Assembly (NCBI GenBank): GCA_951406725.2
Contig: OX597828.1
Span: forward strand, 39,990,001 to 40,054,000
Source: Octopus vulgaris
Taxonomy: Eukaryota
Direction: 5' to 3'
Length of the DNA: 64,000 bases
The notes under the pieces were generated by a model. That model searched no databases and had not been told where the DNA came from. It worked only from the letters and a program-made list of their open reading frames with translations. Position numbers and translations under genes: made by a program. Below, in pieces: positions 49,850 through 64,000 of the stretch (positions are counted from its first letter, which is position 1; each line of letters begins with the position of its first letter).

Positions 49850-51349
49850 CTCTAGTGGTGAAAAGTACTTGTGGCAGTGCCATGTAAAAGTGTGCATGCA
49901 ATGCTACATTAAAGCAGCTGTGCAGCACCATGTAAAAGCGCCTGTGTGGTACCACATTAAATGTACCCAGTACACTCTGTAAAGTGGTTTGTGCCAGAAA
50001 AGGTATCCAGCCCTAGAAACCATGCCAAATCAGACTGGAGACTGTCCAACACATGCCAGCAAGGACAACAGACATTAAATGATGATGACATATATCATCA
50101 TCATCATTTAACGTCCGTTTTCCATGCTGGCATGGGTTAGACGGTTCGACCGGGATCTGGGACACCAGGGGCTGCACCAGGCTCCAGTCTGATCTGGCAG
50201 TGTTTCTACAGCTGGATGCCCTTCCTAACACCAACCACTCCGCGAGTGCAGTGGGTGCTTTTTACGTGCCACCGGCACAGGTGCCAGGGGAGTCTGGCAT
50301 CGGCCATGATCGGTTGGTGCTTTTAACGTGCCACCGGCACGAAAGCCAGTCAAGGTGGCACTGGCATTGGCCGTGCCAACACTACATAAAAAGCACCCAT
50401 GCCAGCACCATGTCAACAGCACCCATGCTGGTACCACATACAAATCACTTATGCCAGCACCATGTAGAAAAAACACCTGTGCTGATGCCACATAAACGAC
50501 ACCCAGTGTACTCTGTAAAGTGATTGGTGTTAGAAAAGGCATCCAGCCTTAGAAACCATGCCAAAACAAATGGCCCTCTGACTAGTCAGCTCCTATCAAA
50601 CTATCCAAACCATGCCAGCATTGAAAACTGACATTAAATAATAAAGATGATATGATATATATATATATATTTCGAACATTAAGCCTCATCGAGGCAATGA
50701 CTAGTGACAGACCCTTTGGAAATATCCAGTGCGTGAGAAGACCCAGCAAGCCAAGTGAGACTATAACCCATGGCCTATGCCAGGGGTGTAACCAGCCCAC
50801 TTATGCATACCTTTCCTTCATTGGACACTAAACTCTGCTTGCGAAGACCTGTTGAGGCAAGTGAAATCAAAATCAAATCAAATTCGCAAATTCGATGACT
50901 GGCACCCGTGCCAGTGGAGCACTAAGAGCACCATACAAGCTGCTAGAGCAGCTAAGTCGCTTCCATGCCAGTGGCACGTAAAAAGCATCATTCAAACGTG
51001 ATCGTTACTAGCGTCACCTTACTGGCACTTGTGCCGGTGGAATGTGAAAAACATTTGAGTGAGGTCATTGCCAGTGCCGCTGGATTGGCTCCAGTGGAGG
51101 TGGCACATAAGAAACACCATTTGAGCGTGGTCGTTGCTAGTACCACTTGACTGGCTCTCGTGCCAGTGGCATGTAAAAGCACCCACTACACTTTCAGAGT
51201 GGTTGGCGTTAGGAAGGGCATCCAGCTGTAGAATCTCTGCCAGATCAGATTGGAGCCTGGTGCAGCCATCTGGTTCACCAGCCCTCAGTCAAATCGTCCA
51301 ATCCATGCTAGCATGGAAAGCAGACACTAAATGATGATGATGATGATGA
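49850..51349. mobile_element. Cluster of four RTE 3' ends (+ 49850-50088, - 50095-50370, + 50375-50655, + 50672-51349)
   Basis: Each matches the RTE 3' UTR; the last begins with a decayed ORF end (RTLSLIEAMTSDR...VREKTQQAK*, one frameshift). Confidence 0.8.
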
Positions 51350-51781
51350 TATATACATATATATGTATATAAATTGCGGCATGTAATCAACAGTCCATCT
51401 TTGATCATTTTCGAATCAATCCATGTGTTACAGTGAAGAGAAGATCATGTGCACGTACACACACACACACACATACACACAGAAACAGGGAGTTTCACTC
51501 ATTCCCTGTAGTAATGCAAGAGACTCGACTCTTTGAGAGAAAGTGTCAGGAATTATCCATCAATGGATTACATAGTATATGGATGTGGTGCAATGGAGAA
51601 GAGGGTGCTATAAAATGGTAAATGCAACTGTCAATGCTTTCTCTCACAAGCACATTATACTTGAGAGTGATGTGCAATGAAATGGTGACAACTAGGAATT
51701 AAATATGGGCTGCATCCTCGAAACACAAATATTGTTGACTGGCCTACAACATATTCCAATGCTTCATATATATATGTATAT

Positions 51782-52143
51782 GAGTGGCTGCGTGGTAAGT
51801 AGCTTGCTTACCAACCACATGATTCTGGGTTTAGTCCCACTGTGTGGTACCTTGGGCAAGTGTCTTCTACTATAGCCTCGGGCCAACCAAAGCCTTGTGA
51901 GTGGATTTGGTAGATGGAAACTGAAAGAAGCCTGTCATATATATGTATGTGTGTGTATATGTTTGTGTGTCTATGTTTGTCCTCACCAACATTGCTTAAC
52001 AACCAATGCTGGTGTGTTTACATCCCTGTAACTGAGCAGTTTGGCAAAAGAGACCAACAGAATAAGTCCTGGGGTCGATTTGCTTGACTAAAGGCAGTGC
52101 TCCAGCATGGCCACAGTCAAATGACTGAAACAAATAAAAGAGT
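51782..52143 (+). mobile_element. SINE A1
   Basis: Colinear with A1. Confidence 0.88.
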
Positions 52144-52149
52144 ATATAT

Positions 52150-52320
52150 AGGGAGAATTTATAAAAAACAACAACAAAAGACGAAGACAGGTGGTGTAGA
52201 CAACAAGCAGATGTATTAGTTTAACTCTTGGGAAGTGAAAAAGTCTTTAATGTTTCGAGCCTACGCTCCTCCACAGAAAGGAACACAGAAAGAAACAAGG
52301 AGAGAAAATAATGAATGTGC
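52150..52320 (-). mobile_element. Short Penelope-like fragment in (TA)n with a variant hammerhead-like motif at 52245-52280
   Basis: Minus strand CUUU-CUGUGGA-G-GAGC(GUAG)GCUC-GAAAC-AUU-AAAG. Confidence 0.55.
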
Positions 52321-53371
52321 ATATATATATATATGTGTGTATGTGTGTGTGTGTGTGTTTAAAGTGGAACACAAAACTTTTCAACACACTGCCAAACAGT
52401 GGCTGTTTTCAAAGAGCATTTCAACAAACATTTAACTGCAGTAACAAATGAAGCCATCATGGCAAGAAACACAAAGAAGAATAACTGTCCAACTTGCTAC
52501 TTCCCCAGAAACAATTTCAGAGAAAAAGCTGGGAAACAAGTGTGAAATAAAAGGCCAATTAAACTACAGCTAGTGCCCCAGCATAACCATTGCCTCAAGC
52601 TAAAACCAGAAAAGCATAAACAATATAAAGGGTAAAGTTCCGCCAAGGTCGACTTTGCCTTTCATCCTTTCAGGGTCAATAAAGTACCAGTTGCGTACTG
52701 GGGTCGATCTAATCGATTAGATCTCTCCTTAAAAATTTCGGGCCATGTGCCTAGAGTAGAAAAGAATATAAAGGGTGAAGACCCCCTTTGGTCATGAATA
52801 GCCATGGGACTGCACAAGTTTGGGCAAGGTTGTTTATGGAAGACCAGTAGCCGCCCATGCATGCCAGCCTGCTCTCTCCACACCCCCCGATGTTATCCAA
52901 AGGTAAGGCAAAGGCTGATAAAGCTTGGCACCAGTGACACTGCAACGCATTCCTACAGCTGAGTGAACTGGAGCAATGTGAAATGAAGTGTTATGCTCAA
53001 AAACACAACACACACTCCAGCCAGGAATCAAACTCACTACCTCATAATTTAACCACTGAGCTGTGTGCCATCACTTTAACTTTATAATACAATGATACAT
53101 GCATATTTATATACATATACATACAATATACATACATATATATATATATATTCCTTTATTTTTTAACTTGTTTTAGTCATTAGACTGCGGCCATGCTGGG
53201 GCACCACCTTGAAGATTTTAATCAAACAACTTGACCCAGTACTTATCTTCAAGCCTGGTGCTATTCTATCAGATTCTTTTTGCCAAACCACCAAGGTAGG
53301 GAGATGTAATCAAACCAACATTGGTTGTCAACCAGAAGGGAGATGAACACACACACAATATATATATATAT

Positions 53372-53777
53372 AGGCGCAGGAGTGGCTGTGTGGTAAGTAG
53401 CTTTCTAACCAACCACATGGTTCCGGGTTCAGTCCCACTGCGTGGCATCTTGGGCAAGTGTCTTCTGCTATAGCCCCGGGCCGACCAATGCCTTGTGAGT
53501 GGATTTGGTAGACGGAAACTGAAAGAAGCCTGTCGTATATATGTATATATATATATATGTGTGTGTATGTGTTTGTGTGTCTGTGTTTGTCTCCCTAGCA
53601 TTGCTTGACAACCGATGTTGGTGTGTTTACGTCCCCGTCACTTAGCGGTTCGGCAAAAGAGACCGATTGAATAAGTACTGGGCTTACAAAGAATAAGTCC
53701 CGGGGTCGATTTGCTCGACTAAAGGCGGTGCTCCAGCATGGCCGCAGTCAAATGACTGAAACAAGTAAAAGAGTAAA

Positions 53778-53778
<1 letters not shown>
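53372..53778 (+). mobile_element. Young SINE A1 flanked by minus-strand older A1 pieces (53153-53355, 53830-54350)
   Basis: Closest to the apparent consensus, CpGs intact, inserted in (TA)n. Confidence 0.93.
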
Positions 53779-53831
<53 letters not shown>

Positions 53832-54164
53832 TATCTTTTATCATTAGACTGCGACCATGCTGGGACACTGCCTAGAAGAACTTTAGTCAAATGATTCAAC
53901 CCTGGTACCTCTTTTTTTTTTTTTAATGTCTGGTACTTATTCTATTGGTTCCTTTTGCTGAACTGCTAAGTTACAGGGACATAAATACACAAATATCAGT
54001 AGTGAAGTAATGATGAGGGACAAACACAAACATACACATAGCTTCTGTCTACCAAATCCAGTCACAAGGCTATGGTCGGGCTGAGGCTACAGTAGGAGAC
54101 ACTTGCTCTAGGTGCCATGCTGTGAGACTGAACCCAGAACCATGTGGTTGGCAAGTAAATTTCC

Positions 54165-54197
<33 letters not shown>

Positions 54198-54874
54198 AAA
54201 CTTCTTTCAGTTTCCATCTACCAAATTCACTCACAGGGCTGTGGTTGGCCCAAGGCTACAGTAGAAGACACATACCTAAAGTTCCACGCAGTGGGACTGA
54301 ACCCAGAACCGTATAGGTAAGAAGCACAAACTAGAAGCTATGCCTGCTCTTACACACACACACACACACACACACAAGCATATCATGATGATGATGATGG
54401 TATCTTCACTACATGCACTGTCATACATACACCAAGAAAAAAAAACAAAAACAAAATGGAAAAGAAAAAAGAATACAAGGTCAAAAATATTTAAGAATAG
54501 ATACAGGCAGTAACAAGTGGTGAAAAGAAATTCACTAAATTCTAGCAGGAATCAAACTAGACACCTCTTGGTTGACAGCCAAATATGATTGGTGTGTTTG
54601 TAGGTTATATACATACACATACATACATATATATATATACACGTATGTATATATGTACATGATAGGTGTGCATGCTGTGTGTGTCCTACATGGTTCACCG
54701 ACAAGAACAACATTTTTGTGTAAATAAGGTGAAGTTGGGTGGGTGTCGAGGATGTGTATACACATACACAACACACTCAAACTTGTTATTTTGTAAGCAC
54801 TGTGCAAATATGCAGATGAGCATATTTGGTGTATATTGAAAGAAAAGGTCAGAGAAGCATTTATAAACACACAC

Positions 54875-56180
<1,306 letters not shown>

Positions 56181-57064
56181 AAACAAACCAACTGTCTGAC
56201 TATCTTATATAGCAATGACAACATGTAATAATAATTTAGGTTAAAACTTGAAGGAATCGGATGGGTGGTGGAAGAAAGGGCTAGGAAAGAACGTTCTGGG
56301 ATAACAAATCCGAAAAAAAAAAAAAAATAAATAAAATATAATAAAAGGAATTAAAAAATAAATAAATAAAACAAAACAAAAATACATTTCCTACCCATTT
56401 CCACTCAGTTTCCTGGAAAGCTTTGTCTTTCGATGAAGTGTAAAACCATCCAAAGAGTTTTTTCCTCATCGCTTTCCTTTTTTTATTATTATTATTATTA
56501 TTATTATATTTGGGTTAGACTGGTCAAATACTAAACAGTCTTACTATTTCGTAAATAAATAACTCGAAACTAAAGCAGCTACCAATGCATGTGGACGACA
56601 CAGCCAGACTGACAGCTAGAATTAGTCTACTTGAACTACTATCCTACATTACATTTTTATATAGATACTACTATTACTACTACTACAGCTAATACCCTCG
56701 CGAACAACAACAATGCTTGTTATTATCATCATAATCATCACCATCATAAACATCATCATCAGCAGCAGCAACACTACCACCACCTAGCAACAAAGCAGAT
56801 AGGAAGCTGAAATATCATATGAGAAGTATAGGAAGGAAAGATGCTAAGAGAGAGAAAGAGAGAGAAACAGGGAAATGAGAGATGGAAGGAGGGATAGAGG
56901 ATAAATGTATCTCTCCTTCCGCCACCTCACACTCATACCACCCACTCTTACCAAAAACCATCGTCTAAGGAAGAATGAATCAATAGCTGATACGACTAAA
57001 AGATATACAAAAGCTAACATAAGCAGCTGGTCAAACTTCAAATGTCCATAGAATTAAAGAGAAG

Positions 57065-57150
57065 CATACACACATACATACACCCCTCCCAACACACATA
57101 TCCACACACATACATACATACATGTATATATATGTATATATATATGTATA

Positions 57151-57221
<71 letters not shown>

Positions 57222-57777
57222 ATATTTATATATACATACATATATACGTATATATGTATGTATATATATACATATGTATACATACATACATATACATGTA
57301 TATATATATACATATATATGTATATATAATACATATATGTATATATACACATACATATACATATATATAATACATATACATATATGTAAATATACACATA
57401 CATATACACATGTATATATATATATATATATACATACATAGATATATGTATATAGATATATTTATACATATATATATATATCTATACATACATATATGTA
57501 TATATATATACATTTATACACATACATATATATACATATATATACATACATATATATACATATATATATATATACACACATATATATATACATACATATA
57601 TATATACATACATACATATATATATGCATACATGTATATATATACATACATACATATATATACATACATACATATACACATACATATACATACATACATA
57701 TACACATACATACATATATACATATACACATACATGTACATACATATACACATACATACATATATACATGTACATAC

Positions 57778-57811
<34 letters not shown>

Positions 57812-57892
57812 CATATATACATAAACAAACACACGTATGTACATACGCACACACATTTATATACCCATGCACATATGTACATATATACATAC
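57065..57892. repeat. Second giant (TA)n/(TACA)n compound microsatellite
   Basis: Direct inspection. Confidence 0.95.
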
Positions 57893-58859
57893 AAAGATGA
57901 AGAAAATTGTATAAGCGATCTGGGCTACTCCAAGAGTATTAACAAGTGGGAAGAGGTGGAGGGGGGGGTTACAAAACAGACTGTTGGAATGTTTAGTCCA
58001 TTTTTGTAGAGACAGATTAAAATGAGGGAGAGGAGGAGGAGGAGGTAGGGAGTAGAAAAACTGAGACTTAGAAGGAGAAAACATGAGTATGAGAAAAAAA
58101 CCAAAAATAAACCCAAAGACTTTTGGTATAATATTAACGTATTTGTAAGGATTAAGACAAGACATTCAGAGCCTTAATCTTTATCCCATAGCTGTTATTG
58201 AAGAACTGGGTTAAATAGGGTCAGTGATTGCAAGGGATTGATCTTTCAACAAAAGTATATATGAAGGTTAAAGGAGAGATATAGGTTTGTTCTACTCACA
58301 CATTATTTTTTTCCCCCACCTTACATATTTTGATATTGAAATTAACTTTTAATCCTTTCAAGTTTCAAAACTCACATTCATTCTCTTCCTCTCTCCGTCC
58401 CTCTTCCTGCCTTCCACATACATTCCCATCCACCTTTGATCTTTGCCAGAGTCACCCTTTCAGCTTGAAAATTTTCAGGTTTCAAATATTACATTTGTGT
58501 TTCATTTTATAATTACTTCCACTTGTCAGGTAGAAATCTTCCTTTAAGATATCAGGTTGAGAATCTATTTGGAGCTTTAGAAGTTTGAAAAGCATCGAGA
58601 AAGGGGTTTTGGTATACAGACACAAAGTGAACAGGCAGAAAGTTGATACTGTTGTAATCAGTGCAAAATACTTGTTTCAGCCCAAACCGAACACACCTTT
58701 GAATAAAATTATTCCGGCCCTGACCATGCTGTCTTTTTTCAGACATTGTGTATCTAGGATTACATCATCCAAAGTACTATTCCTTTTTTTTAAGATGGCA
58801 GAATGAAATCCAAGGCAGATTAGACTGTTATCTTTAACAGGTCATGCAACCATATAAAA

Positions 58860-59305
58860 CAGTGGTTCACAACCAGAGTCCATATGACCCCCTGGGGAAC
58901 CATGTAAGGCTTTTGGGGGTCCATGAAAGCAAAATAGTAAATTGGGGATCCACAGCAGTATTCCAAGGGTCCAAAGGAAAATGTTACTTTGGATGTGTTT
59001 ACTGCAAGAAACAGAGAGGTTTCTTTCTCTGACGTAGTTCAATTTACACAAATTAATGTGTGAAAAATAAAATAGGAATTTTGAAAGAAACATCTATAAA
59101 ACTAGTTTTTAAACATTGAATGGCTTGGGGGGGGGGGGGTTTACCACAATCGAATAGTAATCAAAGCGGTTCATATTTAACTTGGTTACTTCTCGTTTTC
59201 TTACCATGTTTCACTACTATGCTGTATCACTCTTTGTTTTGTGTACATACCTGTTGGAAGTGCATATGACTATCTCCAGAAAGGGTCCACAGGCAAAAAA
59301 TGGTA
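58860..59305. mobile_element. hAT MITE variant related to 4036 and 30592
   Basis: Left TIR CAGTGGTTCACAACC; internal GGGTCCA motifs; right end degraded. Confidence 0.6.
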
Positions 59306-60369
59306 TGTAAGAATATATTAGGACTCCAAGAAACTGTGCTTTTCAGTAAGGTACACCAATTTACTCAGGACAGATTAACCAACTAAATGAGTAGCTATGG
59401 AGCTTCAGGCCACAGGATTTCCTCCCAATGTGATACCGTCACTGGAAGAGATAAATCTTGTGGAAGTATTCTGCCTACAGTGTACATGCGTTAATGGACT
59501 AAAGGTATTTTTCTCTGAACAAATAATAGACAAGGCCTCTGAGACTGGTTACACTGATGCAGTTCATGCTCATCTTCAGCATCTGCTAAGTGTCAATGAC
59601 TGCAGGAAAAACATGGACAGGAAGGGGGTTCTGAAGGTTGACATTTTGTGGATGAAGGGTCACAGAAAGTGGTTAGTGCAGGTCTGGGGTTGGAAGAAAG
59701 TATGGGTGATAAGAGGTGGAGAGATGAGCTTGTGGGGTAGGCTTCTGGAGATAGTCATATGCACTTCCAACAGGTTATGTGCACAAAAGAAAGAGTGATA
59801 CAGCATAGTTGTGAAAAAAGGTAAGAAAATGAGAAGTAAGCAAGTTAAATATGCTCCACTGGATCACCATCATTGTCATTCAATGTCCATTTTCCATGCT
59901 GGCATGGGTTGGACTGTTTGACAAAATCTGATGGATCTAAGGACTGCATTGCCCTCCAGTGCCTGTTTTGGCCACGGTTTCTACAGTTGGATGCTCTTCT
60001 TATCATCAACCTTTTCACAGAGTGTACTGGGTGTTTTTTCATGCTACCAACATTATTGAGGTCATCATGCAGCTCACAGGACTACAAACCCTAGTGGAGG
60101 TGGGGGTGAACTTTAGGGGACAAGGGTTTAAAGTATGTGGGTGGAGAAATATTGAGGACTACTGACGATGATAATGATAGGTAATAATGATGATAGTGGC
60201 AGGAGTGATGACGCTTATAATGATGATGATGGTGATTTGGTTAAAATGGTGACAGGGAGCAGTAGGATTTATATATTACTCAGGGTAACAAATGAATTTA
60301 CAGTAGGGGTAGTTGTTGTGGTGGATGGTTGTGGTAACAGTGTTGGCAGTAGTAAGAAAATATTTTCAA

Positions 60370-60786
60370 GCTGTGTAGTAAGAAGTTTCCTTCCCAACCA
60401 TGTGGGTCCAGGCTCAGTCCCACTGTGTGGTAAGTATCTTCTACTATAGTCTTGGGCCGATCAAAACCTTGTGAGTGGATTTGGTAGATGGAAACTGAAA
60501 GAAGCCCATTCTATACATATCTATGTGTGTGTGTGTGTCTTTGTCTCTGTGTTTGTCATCCACCACTGCTTGATAACTGGAGTTGGTGTGCTTACATCCC
60601 TGTAACATAGTAGTTCAGCAAAAGAGAACAATAGAATAAGAACCAGGTTTTATAAAGAAAATTCTTTTTTTTTTAATAATAAAATAAGTATTGGGATTGA
60701 TTCGTTCTACTAAATGTTCTTTCAGGCAGTGCCCCAGCATGGCCATAGTCTAATGACAGAAACAAGTAAACTATAAAAGATATAAA
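60370..60786 (+). mobile_element. SINE A1, older
   Basis: Colinear with A1. Confidence 0.82.
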
Positions 60787-60878
60787 ACAAACAAAAAAAT
60801 GTAATGATAATACACCAAGGAAAAGACAAAATATGATGTTTATTGTTGTAATTATTGCTATTGTTGCTGTTGTACAGA

Positions 60879-61483
60879 GAGAGATAAAGACTGCCCCTCT
60901 CCCTCCATGTCACAATATGGGATATGACAAAATTTTCTCAATCCTTGCAGTTTGTAGATTGACCATGTGATAAATGAGAATGTTGATTTTGTTAGGTCTG
61001 CATGTGTGTGTGTGAGTAGGTGTATATGTGTGTGTGTGTGGGGGTATTAGTGTATTGTGTATACTTGTGTATGGTATATTGGCTATCCAGTACATGTCTC
61101 TGTTTTTAAGACAGTAAGGTAAAGATTGAAGGAGATTTGGCTGCTATTTCTTGCTGGCTGATCAACTACAAACATACATACAGGTTCCTTTCATGATAGA
61201 CATAGGCAAAGAGATAAAGACTGCCTCCCCCACCATCTCACAATATGGGATATGACATACTTTTCTCAACCCTTGCAGTTTGTAGATTGACCATATGATA
61301 AATGAGAATGGTGATTTTGTTAGGTGTGTGTGTGTGTGTGTATTATTTATATATGTGTATGGTATATTGGCTATCCAGTATATGCCTCTGTTTTGAAGAC
61401 AGTGAGGTAAAGATTGCGAGAGATTTACTTGCTATTTCAGGCTGGTTGACCAACTACAAACATACACACAGGCTCCTTTCATG
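60879..61483. repeat. Local tandem duplication with period about 330 bp
   Basis: GAGATAAAGACTGCC...CACAATATGGGATATGACA...CCTTTCATG at 60879-61194 and 61210-61483. Confidence 0.85.
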
Positions 61484-62730
61484 CATCAAAGAAGATATAT
61501 GTTATGAAGCAGAGCAGATGATTTTTGATAACTACAATTAATGCTTAGTTGAAGAAATATTATCAATGTGACATTTCAATGAATAGTGTTTAAAAGAGTC
61601 GAGGAGAGAGGACAAGGAAAAGAAAAGCATTAAAAAAGAAAAAAACTGAGTTAAGAAGATGATAATTGTAGTAATAGCATAATTTGAATGCCATCAACAA
61701 CTTGTATCCATGTTGACCAATATCTAGAACATAACAAGGTTCAGCCCATGTTGCGGTGAGGTGGCTTGTGTACTTGAATGACCCTGAGAGCTATACAAGG
61801 AAGGGGAAAGGGAGCAAGATCCTGGGTGGGCCTCCCATGCTGGACAGGCCTAAGGATAGAGGCCAGCCTAATATGAACCTCATAATTTCCAGTGGTAAAA
61901 ATAGGTTTGTGTAAGGCCAACAACCCTACCTAGAGAAAGGCAAATTTACAAAAGTATCACTGGTACCACATAATAAAAAACACCCAATACACTCTGCAAA
62001 GTGGTTGGCATTAGGAAGGGCATCCAGCTGTAGAAACCACACCAAAGCAAAACTTTGGAATCTGGTGCAGCTCCTGTCAAACTGTCCAACCCAGACACAT
62101 GATGATGATGATGACAATCCAGAACCGACAAAACCTGGGAGAGGAAGGTCTTCCTTCAGGGAAACATATGTCCCATCAGGCTCTAACCTGAAGCCCACAA
62201 GGGAAGCGGAAAAGAGGACATCTTGACATTAGTTGGAGATGGGATACTCTAAAGCAGAGATGAAGAGGTAGGAATCTATCTGGAGAGAAGTCAAATCTCC
62301 CTCGGATTACATTCTGTCATTTTTACAAAAGGAAATGGGATAATCACAGACAGGATGGTCAAGATTGGAATGTCACTGAACATAAACTGATGTTGACCTG
62401 GCACTAAATGACAATAACTACAAATAACAAATACAATAAAGTGTCTTCCTAATTGCACAGCTCACCAACAACCAGAAACTGCCAGCTCATCACAAAAGGA
62501 GCTTACAGATTTCACTACCAAAATATTGATATTTTTTAGCCGTGGGCCAGCTCTGAGCAAGCAAACCTACAATTAAGATCTGAAATATTGAGGGAGGGGC
62601 GAACCGATTTCCTTGACCTCAGTACATGACTGGTACTTATTTAATCAATTTCGAAAGGATGAAAGGCAAAGTCAAACTCGGTAGAATTTGAAAACAACAA
62701 CAATCATGATAGCCTTAGAATCACATTAAT

Positions 62731-62860
62731 TTAGAAATCTACTCAATTGGGAACACCAAGGATTGTAAGAAAGGTTTTTGATATTCAAGTAAACTGGGCA
62801 CGCCTTGGTATCAAAGACATTGATTCCGAATGTAAAACATTCGTCCACAGTATGACTAAT
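62731..62860 (+). mobile_element. 3' tip of an R4/Dong-like (REL endonuclease) non-LTR element
   Basis: KSTQLGTPRIVRKVF resembles the R4/Dong C-terminal 'QK..LLGTA.ILRKVL' motif; followed by a short UTR and (AAC)/(AAT) repeats. Confidence 0.55.
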
Positions 62861-62876
62861 AACAACAACAATAATA

Positions 62877-62974
<98 letters not shown>

Positions 62975-63036
62975 AATAATAATAATAATAATAATGATGA
63001 TGATGATGATAATAAAAATAATGATAATAATAATAA
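62857..63036. repeat. Compound (AAT)n/(GAT)n trinucleotide microsatellite
   Basis: Direct inspection; source of the poly-D/M/S ORFs. Confidence 0.95.
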
Positions 63037-63806
63037 AGTGGCTCTCATGGCTTCTGATCTTAACTGATTGGAAGTGTTCACATATATATATGGGTTCCTT
63101 TCAGTTTCTGTCAGCCAAATCCACTCACAAGGCTTTGGTCATCTTGGGCTTATAGTTAAAGGCAGTTGTGCAAGGTGTCATGTGGTGGGACTGAATAAAA
63201 AAAACCCACATGGCTGTAAAGCAAACTTCTTAAATCACACCACCATGCCTGTGCCAAACTAAATATACTTCAAAATTGGACCATCTGCCAAAATCAGAAA
63301 GAAGTCACCGAAACTTCTTTCTGAAAGGAAGAAAATTCCATCAACAGGCCTGTCACCAACATCATCAACTACTTAAATTATATACCACCTTTCTCATGCT
63401 AGCAGTGTAGTCCACACTTTTAGTAATAATAGCAGCTAAATGACACTCAAATCACATCCTACAATTTTGAGGACACAGTGGATTAAGAAGTCTTAGATAT
63501 GTCTGACTGGAAAGTGGGATGGACACAGCTGGAATAGTTTTGATCTAAAGTCTGTTTGATTAGTATAAATTAGGGACTAAAACAACAGCATTTATCCCCA
63601 CCCTTCTCTCTCCCTCTCTCTCTTTTGCAATGGGTTTAACAGATTAAATAGTTTTGTTTACAACTTAAAAATTTCCTGTAGGTTTTTAATCCACCTCATA
63701 AACAAACTGTCCCTTGTTCAGATTGAGGTGTTTACCTCAGATAAGAGTTTCTAAAAATCTTATTCCAAAAGTCAACAACATTAATATTACATGTGTGAGT
63801 GTGTTT

Positions 63807-63848
<42 letters not shown>

Positions 63849-64000
63849 TGGGAGAGAGATGGGGGTGAAGATAGATGCAGGGAAATTGTGAACGATAGAG
63901 AAGTGGTATGTGTTCCCAGAGTGCCACAGTTAGTCAACTGTCCCTACTTGAGCCCTCTTTTGCTATATTTAAAACAGGAGAATTCTCAGCAAGATATCAT

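Noticed and set aside
56952-57020. Signal-peptide exon [15 protein letters not shown]
   Set aside because: The hydrophobicity may simply reflect a polypyrimidine tract (two AG acceptors lie inside it); kept only as a candidate within the gene-structure finding.
59555-59585. Minus-strand GAUG-CUGAAGA...GAAC...CAUC
   Set aside because: Lacks GAAA and a stem II.
59397-59798. 133-aa ORF
   Set aside because: No recognisable domain, no clear splice context, and the 3' half is purine-rich low-complexity sequence.

Overview
AT-rich, microsatellite-dense animal genomic DNA. The SINE and LINE families look like those of an Octopus (coleoid cephalopod) genome; this is recognition from memory, not a database check. 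No complete host protein-coding gene is visible. Most of the window appears to be large introns of a minus-strand gene, with a CpG-retaining promoter-like island at about 55.8-57.0 kb and a few small candidate exons. Almost all listed ORFs are artefacts of microsatellites or repeats. The mobile content includes at least 4 tRNA-derived SINE families, RTE, CR1-like and R4/Dong-like LINE pieces, hAT and piggyBac MITEs, Helitron and Helentron derivatives, and Penelope-like (PLE) remnants. Main highlights: (1) eight minimal type-I hammerhead ribozyme (HHR) motifs from about 7 dissimilar sequence contexts, most with palindromic, dimer-type stem III; one sits in a tRNA-headed SINE-like element (645-941) and two sit back-to-back in a foldback (18998-19361). 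(2) An apparent SINE-RTE template-switch chimera (32969-35212), alongside SINE subfamilies that share one head but carry either a CR1-type or an RTE-type tail. (3) A PHD finger inserted inside the RTE reverse transcriptase.
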